A DNA stretch of 44,574 nt from positions 1-44,574 of the forward strand of contig JAJZWH010000001.1 of NCBI GenBank assembly GCA_021846765.1, given 5' to 3'. The stretch comes from a bacterium (GTDB taxonomy: Bacteria; Patescibacteriota; Saccharimonadia; Saccharimonadales; UBA4665). The notes under the pieces are model-generated. The model was not told the origin of the DNA, searched no databases, and saw only the letters and a program-made list of their open reading frames with translations. Each line of letters starts with the position of its first letter. The first letter of the stretch is position 1. Position numbers and translations under genes: made by a program. Below are positions 36,268-44,574 of the stretch, in pieces.

Positions 36268-38403
36268 CTAGTAAAAATCGTGGAGTTTTAATTTATCTCG
36301 TAAAATAATTAACGGCTTTGGTAGCCACCAATTATATTTACCTAGTAATTTCATACTGGCCGGAACCAAAACTAAACGAACAACAAATACATCAACCAAT
36401 ACCGCCACTATCAAACCAATAGACACTTCTTTCATACTTACAACTTCCCCACTAGCAAATGAACCAATAACCACTAACAACAAAATTGCTGCAGTGGTAA
36501 TAATTTTGCCAGTTTTTTGTACGCCCCAAGTAATTGCTTGAGTCATATCTTCGTGCTGAGAAAAGTTTTCTCTTATTCGGCTAAACAGAAAAGTTGCATA
36601 ATCCATAGATAAACCAAAAGCTAGCGAAAATATTATAACCAGCTGAGATGCGTCCAATCCGTTTAATTTAGTAAAACCTAAAATACTAGCCAAATGACCG
36701 TCTTGAAAAATCCATACTAATACGCCAAAAGCCGCCGAAAGAGAAAGTGCAGTTAAGATAATAGTTTTAAGAGGTATAACAATACTTCCAAGAAGCATAT
36801 AGAGCAAAATCATCATCGATACAATTACTATAATCCCAACATATATTCCATCGTGTTCAATTAAGGTAATCTGATCAAGTAAATCGGCACTATTACCACC
36901 AACCATAGCTCTAATGCCTTTTACATTAATACTTCGAATAGTTTTAACTAAATTTTCATTTTGTGAAGACTGATTATTTTTAGGAATAACTTCTAAAAAT
37001 AAATAACCAGAATTTTCTCTAACCTCCCCTAAACCTTTAACCCCATTTAAGGATATTATTTTATTAATATAAGCCATTGCAGAAATTCGATTATTAATTT
37101 CTTTTAACGGAATCACTAAGTTTAGAGGCGATAAATTACTATATTTAAAATTCTTGGATAGCGAGTTAGCAACAACTCTAGCAGATGAATTTTTTGGCAA
37201 TACATTGTAATTAGAGGACGTAAACTGAACATGCAAAAAAGGCAATCCAGCAAGCAGCAATAAAGCCAGAGTAATAACAATTGTCAATAAAGGATACTTG
37301 ATAACTTTATCAACAATCAATTTCCATATATTTCCTTTTTTACTTTCTTGCATACGATAACGTTTGGGTATTATATTGGAAACCTGCAATGCGTTGACTT
37401 TTGGTCCGAGTAAAGCCAAAATAGCCGGTAAAAATAACAACGAGCCGATAACCGCAATTAAAACTGCCGCAGCCCCACCAATACCCATGCTTCGTATATA
37501 GCCAATCGGAAACAAGATTAACCCAGATACAGCAATCATAACAGTCAAGCCGCTAAAAATAACTGTTCTTCCAGCAGTAGCCATAGTTCGGCAAAGGGCC
37601 AATTCTTGATTATTAACATGAAGCTTTAATTCTTCGCGATAACGATTAACTATAAACAAGCTATAATCTATACCCAAACCAAGGCCGAGTAGTCCTACTA
37701 TATCTAAAACATAGACTGACACAGGTATGGCGATAGTTACTAATCTGCTAATTACTAAAGCGCCAATCACACCATATAATCCCAATCCTAAGGGTAGCGA
37801 TGCAGCAACTAGGCTACCAAAAATTAATATCAATAATAGAGCGACTATCGGAAAACTATATTTTTCCGCTATAGCTAAATCTTTTTGAATATACCTACTT
37901 AATTGATTATCGGTTACTGCACTACCTCCCAAACTAACAGACAATGTCTTACTCTTAATTAAAGATTGAATCTGGGTAATGTCATTGGCTTGTTGATCTA
38001 TATTTCCCCTTAAGCCTACTAAAGCATAGGTTAAATGTGGGTTATTAGAAACGAACTGTTCACCACCTTTTGCATAAAAAGAATTTGTCCCTGTTACTAT
38101 CGGTAAACTAGCAATTTTAGCAATAATCCTCTCGGCTGCCTGCTTATATGCCGACTGAGTATAAACTAGTTTTTTAGATGAAAATAGCAGTATTAATGAA
38201 TCCTGATTACCGCCAAAATCTTTATTAACAATTATATCTGCTCTTTGAGACTGAGAGTTGGGAACATTAAATCCATTATCTACTAAATCATTAAAAATAC
38301 CCGAAGCATAAACTGCTCCTCCAGCCATACATAATATTCCGAAAATAAAAAACCATAATCGAAAACGATAAATTAATTTACCAAAATTAATAAGCATAGG
38401 CAC
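36268..38403 (-). CDS. MMPL family (RND-like) transporter
   Basis: FGSLVAASLP, GLGIDYSLFIVNRYREE, TAGRTVIFSG, FGLSMDY, RLVLVPA, WWLP. Confidence 0.92.
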   Translation of the reverse strand: MPMLINFGKLIYRFRLWFFIFGILCMAGGAVYASGIFNDLVDNGFNVPNSQSQRADIIVNKDFGGNQDSLILLFSSKKLVYTQSAYKQAAERIIAKIASLPIVTGTNSFYAKGGEQFVSNNPHLTYALVGLRGNIDQQANDITQIQSLIKSKTLSVSLGGSAVTDNQLSRYIQKDLAIAEKYSFPIVALLLILIFGSLVAASLPLGLGLYGVIGALVISRLVTIAIPVSVYVLDIVGLLGLGLGIDYSLFIVNRYREELKLHVNNQELALCRTMATAGRTVIFSGLTVMIAVSGLILFPIGYIRSMGIGGAAAVLIAVIGSLLFLPAILALLGPKVNALQVSNIIPKRYRMQESKKGNIWKLIVDKVIKYPLLTIVITLALLLLAGLPFLHVQFTSSNYNVLPKNSSARVVANSLSKNFKYSNLSPLNLVIPLKEINNRISAMAYINKIISLNGVKGLGEVRENSGYLFLEVIPKNNQSSQNENLVKTIRSINVKGIRAMVGGNSADLLDQITLIEHDGIYVGIIVIVSMMILLYMLLGSIVIPLKTIILTALSLSAAFGVLVWIFQDGHLASILGFTKLNGLDASQLVIIFSLAFGLSMDYATFLFSRIRENFSQHEDMTQAITWGVQKTGKIITTAAILLLVVIGSFASGEVVSMKEVSIGLIVAVLVDVFVVRLVLVPASMKLLGKYNWWLPKPLIILRDKLKLHDFY

Positions 38404-38600
38404 AGTTTATGTCTTAATAATCAAAAGGTATACCAAAATTTGAACAATATATAAAAGTATATATGTAGTGTAAGTTTTTTGACAATAAAGCCTTATTATA
38501 ATAAAAGTAATTATTTTTACTTACATAGTCTATATATAAGCTTATTATTGAGCTAACGATAAATTAAGTACCCAAAAAGAAAATAAGGAGGCCAAAAATC

Positions 38601-38987
38601 ATGAGTAAATTATTATTGCTATTATCATTTATGAGCTTAGTAATACTAGCTATTGGTACGACTTTTTTTGCCAATTATCCAATTTTCCAACTAGCCAGTA
38701 GCAGTAGCTTTTACGAACACATCAGAGAAATACTTGCATCAATATTATTTTTACAATTAATTACGCATCCGCCACGTCATTTAGTTTTTCGCATATTATC
38801 AGGATTAGTGGCGATTAGCATAGGTGGTTGGGCAATTGCCGTAACCTACGCTAGCATGATGCCATTATTGGATACTTTATCACTCTTGGCATCAGCTGCA
38901 GCAATTGGTGTTACGGCTCTTGAAGTCAATCCAGAATCGGCAAAAAGAAACCGTCCCGAAAAATCAACCAGCCCACTAATAGCTTAA
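38601..38987 (+). CDS. Hypothetical membrane protein
   Basis: SD aggagg; about 4 TM segments. Confidence 0.75.
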   Translation: MSKLLLLLSFMSLVILAIGTTFFANYPIFQLASSSSFYEHIREILASILFLQLITHPPRHLVFRILSGLVAISIGGWAIAVTYASMMPLLDTLSLLASAAAIGVTALEVNPESAKRNRPEKSTSPLIA

Positions 38988-39010
38988 AATTTACTTCGAA
39001 GGAGTACTAT

Positions 39011-39373
39011 ATGCAACCAAACAATCAATACACCGACCAGGCGCCTCAGAAAACAAACAATAATCAAAACCGTCAACCTACTTTGGTTATATTAGCTCAT
39101 TTAGTTTGGATAATTGGAGTGGTGATAGCTATTATATTAGCAATACGGTTTTTATTGATTCTGTTCGCTGCCAATTCTGCCAATGGATTTGTCAATTTTA
39201 TCTATACCATTAGCTATCCGTTGGCTAGGCCTTTCTTTGGAATATTTAATTATCAGATACATTACGGAGTTTCAAGAGTAGAATTTGCTAGTTTAGTAGG
39301 CATAGCGATCTATTCAATCGTTGCTTACTTAATTGCAAAAATACTAACCATTAACCATCCTCAAACTATTTAG
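39011..39373 (+). CDS. YggT-like membrane protein
   Basis: IRFLLILFAAN, FVNFIYTISYPLARPF; SD aaggag. Confidence 0.75.
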   Translation: MQPNNQYTDQAPQKTNNNQNRQPTLVILAHLVWIIGVVIAIILAIRFLLILFAANSANGFVNFIYTISYPLARPFFGIFNYQIHYGVSRVEFASLVGIAIYSIVAYLIAKILTINHPQTI

Positions 39374-39881
39374 AATGTTTTTTAGATCCTTTTCGTTTGT
39401 TGTATACCAATAACCAAAAAAAGACAATTGCCACTAAAGAGCCAAAGCCAACAATAGATGACTGGTATCTAATCAACTTTAACCAATAGGAGTTATTCAT
39501 TATAGATAGCATAATATTAGTAGGTAATAGTGGCACAATTAATATTGGAGCAAATAAACTTACAGCTAAAGATGGTATGACATTTAATAACCGATAGTGT
39601 TTAGCCACAGATCTGAATTGCAATATTATACTCAAAACCGCTGGTCCTAAAAGCAGTAATAAATTAACGGTTACGGCAGAGGGACTCAAATGCACCGGGA
39701 AAGCATAATGATGCTTGGCTAAATTGGCAGCTATGCTATTAGAATTACGCGATTCAAATGACAATAATACATATCCTAGGCACAAACTTAAAAATACCAA
39801 TGATGCGTTAATTCTAAGTAGATAAAAACCTGCTAAAGGAATTAAGAATATTACTAGTAACCATAGTAAACCGATTGACAT
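39366..39881 (-). CDS. Hypothetical membrane protein
   Basis: About 5 TM segments, basic C-terminus. Confidence 0.7.
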   Translation of the reverse strand: MSIGLLWLLVIFLIPLAGFYLLRINASLVFLSLCLGYVLLSFESRNSNSIAANLAKHHYAFPVHLSPSAVTVNLLLLLGPAVLSIILQFRSVAKHYRLLNVIPSLAVSLFAPILIVPLLPTNIMLSIMNNSYWLKLIRYQSSIVGFGSLVAIVFFWLLVYNKRKGSKKHSK

Positions 39882-39933
39882 ATGCGATTATAGACCCATT
39901 AAGTACTATAGCATGAGCACCTTAAATAAAGTC

Positions 39934-40836
39934 CTAAGCGCCTACTTTATCTTTTCGACGACCAGTTTTTGCTGAATGCTCAGTATACTCAATAATATTG
40001 GCTGCAACATTGCGACCAGTAACTTTTTCAATCCCGAAACCGGGAGAAGCGTTAACTTCTAAGACAAGAGGTCCTCTGTCTGATCTGAGCATATCTACAC
40101 CAGCTATAGTTAAGCCCATAGCTTTAGCTGCTTTCTGAGCTGTACGTCGTTCTATATCAGACAACTTAACAATTGTTCCTTGTCCTCCTTGGTGTAAATT
40201 AGAACGGAAATCATCATCTAGGCTTTTCCTCATCATACTAGCAACGACTTTACCGTTAACAACAAAAGCTCGAATATCTGAACCTTTACTTTCAGAAATA
40301 TATTCTTGGACTAAAAAATTTACATTTTCTACATTAAATGCTTGCATAACCGCTAAGGCTGCTTTTCTAGTTTCGGCTAAAACAACTCCTGTACCATGAG
40401 TTCCTCGGGCAACCTTAATAATAGCTGGCGCTCCTCCAACCTGTTCTAAAACGCCCTCATAATCTGCAGTCTCTCGTGCAAAAACAGTCTTCGGAATACC
40501 GACACCAGACTTAGCTAATAATTGCATGCTCCTTAGTTTGTCTCTAGCCCTAACGATAGCAATAGAACTAGTAGTAGTAAAAACATTTTGCATTTCAAAC
40601 TGACGAACTATAGAAGTTCCATACTTAGTTAGATTAGCTGAAATTCTAGGAATAATTGCATCGATATCACTAATTATCTCTCCTTTGTAATTAACTATTG
40701 GATTGTTCTGTTCCAGGGTAACGAAACATTTTGCATAATTAATTACCCGAACTTGATGACCGCGCAACTTTGCTTCTTCAACCAAACGCATCGTAGAATA
40801 GTTTTTGCTTCCTTTAGATAAAATAGCTATATTCAT
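39934..40836 (-). CDS. rimK: RimK-family alpha-L-glutamate ligase (ATP-grasp)
   Basis: DAIIPRI, RARDKLRSMQLL, GTHGTGV, QEYI, FRSNLHQGG, GVDML, EVNASPG. Confidence 0.9.
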   Translation of the reverse strand: MNIAILSKGSKNYSTMRLVEEAKLRGHQVRVINYAKCFVTLEQNNPIVNYKGEIISDIDAIIPRISANLTKYGTSIVRQFEMQNVFTTTSSIAIVRARDKLRSMQLLAKSGVGIPKTVFARETADYEGVLEQVGGAPAIIKVARGTHGTGVVLAETRKAALAVMQAFNVENVNFLVQEYISESKGSDIRAFVVNGKVVASMMRKSLDDDFRSNLHQGGQGTIVKLSDIERRTAQKAAKAMGLTIAGVDMLRSDRGPLVLEVNASPGFGIEKVTGRNVAANIIEYTEHSAKTGRRKDKVGA

Positions 40837-40868
40837 TATTAAACCTACTTTCTTTCTATTGACGATAA

Positions 40869-42188
40869 CTAATTAGCCAAACGTTGACTTAAGTATTTAG
40901 CAATCGCAATCTGCTTCTCTTCTATAAACGCCCCAGTATAAATCTGGGGAGATTGATTAACTTCAAGACAATACCATAATTTTGTTATTTTGTCTTGTAC
41001 AATATCCACTCCAGCTATTTGTAATTTAAATAATTTAGCAGCTGCAATAGAAATATTAATTAAAAATGAAGGCAGTTCATTGACATCAACTATCTCTGGT
41101 GTACCTCCTTGAGCAACATTATTTAAATGATTATTTTGATTACTTCTAGTCCGCTTAATAACCAAAACAACCTGACCTCCCAAAACAAGAAAACGATAGT
41201 CATGATCGTTATTAATATATTCTTGGGCTAAAAGCCAAATTCCTAAATCTTGAGCTTGCCTAATAATCATGTCAAATTGACTTTTACTATCCACTAAATA
41301 ATTATTTTGACCTTTAAATCCCTGAGTATCCTTTAAAACAAAAGGTATGCCCAGTTCAGCTACTATTTTTTCATAAGCTAAACTAAGTCTAGCTAAATTC
41401 ATAAAGATGGTCTTAGGAATATTAATTGAATTATCACTTAAAGTTATGTATTGATATATTTTAGCCGGATCAGGGCATTGATTAACGGCACGATCTATAT
41501 AATCTATGTTTCTATTGGCTAGATATTGAGCAATGGTAGCCGATACATAAGAATGACCATACACTCCACTGGTAATAAAATAGCCTAGTCCATAATCAGC
41601 AATATCTTGATTGTTAGAACTTATTAAAATTTTATTAGTTTGATTACCGCTATAAAAAATTAACTCTTCATAAGAGACGATATCAGCATTCAGATCTTCA
41701 TTTTGAATAAATTTAACAAAATTAGTATTCGCCAAGCTCTTTTGGGAAACAAATAAAATAATCTTTTGATTTCCTAATAAATTATTTCTTTTAGAGACAT
41801 CGATTAAAAACTTTCCTTTTAATGTCCGTCTACCAATCAGTAAGGGAAACCTATTGTTGGCTCTATTAGCTAAAGTTACTTTGGATTTAATAATTTTATC
41901 GGCCATCTTGATACGAATATCTACCTTATATCTGACTTCCTTTTGACCAAAAGAGTTTTTAACTGTAACTAATGAATACTTTCTAGTTTTAATTGGATCG
42001 CCTGTAAAATTAGGTGAAGATGGTCCGAATAGAGTATAGGAAAGTTGACCATCTTTTTCGCTTATATTACTGGCCCAGATAGCAGAACTGTCGGCTCCAC
42101 TATCAATTTTAGCCAATATATTGTCTAGGCCGTAATCTGGCAAGCTAATCATTTCTGTTGTACCAATATTAGCAAGTGATTTATGCAT
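40869..42188 (-). CDS. Fusion of RimB-like (retropepsin-fold) protease and RimK-like ATP-grasp domain
   Basis: N-terminal AKIDSGADSS, KNSFG, LLIGRRTL; C-terminal QEYI, DYRFLV, NNVAQGG, GVDI, LEVNQSP. Confidence 0.8.
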   Translation of the reverse strand: MHKSLANIGTTEMISLPDYGLDNILAKIDSGADSSAIWASNISEKDGQLSYTLFGPSSPNFTGDPIKTRKYSLVTVKNSFGQKEVRYKVDIRIKMADKIIKSKVTLANRANNRFPLLIGRRTLKGKFLIDVSKRNNLLGNQKIILFVSQKSLANTNFVKFIQNEDLNADIVSYEELIFYSGNQTNKILISSNNQDIADYGLGYFITSGVYGHSYVSATIAQYLANRNIDYIDRAVNQCPDPAKIYQYITLSDNSINIPKTIFMNLARLSLAYEKIVAELGIPFVLKDTQGFKGQNNYLVDSKSQFDMIIRQAQDLGIWLLAQEYINNDHDYRFLVLGGQVVLVIKRTRSNQNNHLNNVAQGGTPEIVDVNELPSFLINISIAAAKLFKLQIAGVDIVQDKITKLWYCLEVNQSPQIYTGAFIEEKQIAIAKYLSQRLAN

Positions 42189-42216
42189 AATTTATTTACA
42201 GATCAAGCTATTATAT

Positions 42217-42342
42217 TTATTTAGATACATGATGAACTCTTAAGTAGGCAATATAGATAACCAATACGACTACAACAATAATTATAATCAGCAACGGAAT
42301 GAAACCATGTTGATCATATTTAATATTGGCTATTTTCTTCAT
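42217..42342 (-). CDS. 41-aa prepilin-like peptide (absent from the ORF track)
   Basis: MKKIANIKYDQHG|FIPLLIIIIVVVVLVIYIAYLRVHHVSK*; fills the dnaJ-to-protease intergenic gap on the operon strand. Confidence 0.6.
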   Translation of the reverse strand: MKKIANIKYDQHGFIPLLIIIIVVVVLVIYIAYLRVHHVSK

Positions 42343-42382
42343 CTAAATTCTGTTAATAATACCTATCTAAAGTTTAGCAAGT

Positions 42383-43516
42383 CTATCGCCAAAAACCATG
42401 CTTATTCTTGCTGTTGTCTAAACTAGCGAAATTCTTCAGTAAGTCTTGTTGTTCTTTAGTTAAGTGACTAGGCGTATCAACGATTATAGTCACAATGTGA
42501 GCTCCACGACTAGCACCCCTTAAATGAGGCACTCCGTGTCCAGATAATTTAAAATCACTATGACTTTGGGTACCAGATGGTATTTTCATTCTAACAGGCC
42601 CATCGACTGTATCTACTTCTATCTCTCCACCTAGAGCAGCAGTAACCATATCCACATGTTCATCGCTTAAAATCAAATCACCCTCTCGAGTAAATTTATT
42701 ATCTGGTTTAACTCGAATATTAACATAAAGATCACCTTTACTTCCTCCGGCGACAGCCTGTCCGTGTTCGCGTAATCTAATAGTAGCTCCATCGTCAACT
42801 CCAGCCGGTATTTTAAGATTTATTTTCTGCTTTTTTACTTGCGTACCCTTGCCATGACAAACGGTACATACTTTCTCAGGAATTTTACCTTTACCATGAC
42901 AAACTGAACAAATACTCGCTTGTTGAATATTTCCAAAAACAGTCCTGGTAATATTTACCACTTGGCCACTGCCTCCACAATTGTCACATTTTTTTAAATC
43001 ATATCCGGGCTCAGCAGTCGATCCATGGCAATGCTCACAAATATCTTCTAAAGATAAGCTAAGTTCAACATCTGTACCAAAAACAGCTTGATTAAAATCA
43101 ATTTCCACTCTAGTCTCGACATCGTGACCTCTATTGGATTGCTGAGCATGCCTATTATTACCGCTGGTTCCTCCGCCAAAAAAACTTGAGAAAATATCAC
43201 CTAAACCTAAGTCTCCAAAATCAAAATTAATATTCTGTCCGGCACCAAAACCTTCAAAACCACCAAAACCCCCACCACTAGAACCTCCACCAAAACCCCC
43301 TCCACCAACTCCAGCATGACCAAATTGATCATAGCGTTGACGCTTAGCTGGATCTTTTAAAACTTCATAAGCTTCGTTGACTTCTTTGAATTTAGCTTCA
43401 TCACCTCCCCGGTCTGGATGGGACTCAATAGCCGCTCGTCTAAAAGCTTTCTTGATCTCGTCGGCAGAAGCATTTTTATTTACCCCTAGTATTTCATAGT
43501 AATCGCGTTGAGCCAT
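42383..43516 (-). CDS. dnaJ: Chaperone DnaJ
   Basis: [13 protein letters not shown]-rich region, four CxxCxGxG-type repeats. Confidence 0.97.
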   Translation of the reverse strand: MAQRDYYEILGVNKNASADEIKKAFRRAAIESHPDRGGDEAKFKEVNEAYEVLKDPAKRQRYDQFGHAGVGGGGFGGGSSGGGFGGFEGFGAGQNINFDFGDLGLGDIFSSFFGGGTSGNNRHAQQSNRGHDVETRVEIDFNQAVFGTDVELSLSLEDICEHCHGSTAEPGYDLKKCDNCGGSGQVVNITRTVFGNIQQASICSVCHGKGKIPEKVCTVCHGKGTQVKKQKINLKIPAGVDDGATIRLREHGQAVAGGSKGDLYVNIRVKPDNKFTREGDLILSDEHVDMVTAALGGEIEVDTVDGPVRMKIPSGTQSHSDFKLSGHGVPHLRGASRGAHIVTIIVDTPSHLTKEQQDLLKNFASLDNSKNKHGFWR

Positions 43517-43598
43517 TTATCCCTAACCTATTTTAAGAGTTGTTTAATTGTATCACTCTTAAGCTTTAATTTACTATTTAAACCCATTAAGCTTTTTA

Positions 43599-44574
<976 letters not shown>

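Overview
Low-GC bacterial chromosome segment whose gene content and style point to Patescibacteria/CPR, probably Saccharibacteria (inference: HTH-MurA fusion, half-size TsaB, type IV pilus cluster without a secretin, many SD-less genes). Core regions: HTH-murA, six tRNAs (Gly, Arg, His, 2x Pro, Lys), a P1B ATPase, rny-ymdB, tsaE-tsaB, recA-recX, a type IV pilus cluster (pilB, pilC, five pilin-like genes, pilMNO), yebC-ruvC-ruvA-AKR-ruvB, an MMPL transporter, a rimK pair and dnaK-dnaJ. The main discovery lies downstream of tRNA-Lys(TTT), at 27413-32763: a tandem stack of at least five small (0.7-1.6 kb) integrase-less gene cassettes. Each ends in a copy of the tRNA 3' end (...CCTCCA) and is flanked by conserved arms from two families. 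The arms keep an open reading frame on the minus strand and look like leftover C-terminal ends of site-specific recombinase genes whose attP lies inside the gene. The result is an integron-like, tRNA-targeted cassette array with cargo enriched in nucleotide-processing enzymes. Other candidates: a small GNRA-capped structured RNA with its own promoter and terminator (about 1904-1993), a long structured leader or 6S-like RNA upstream of rny, an unannotated 41-aa prepilin-like peptide, and a protease-ATP-grasp fusion next to rimK.
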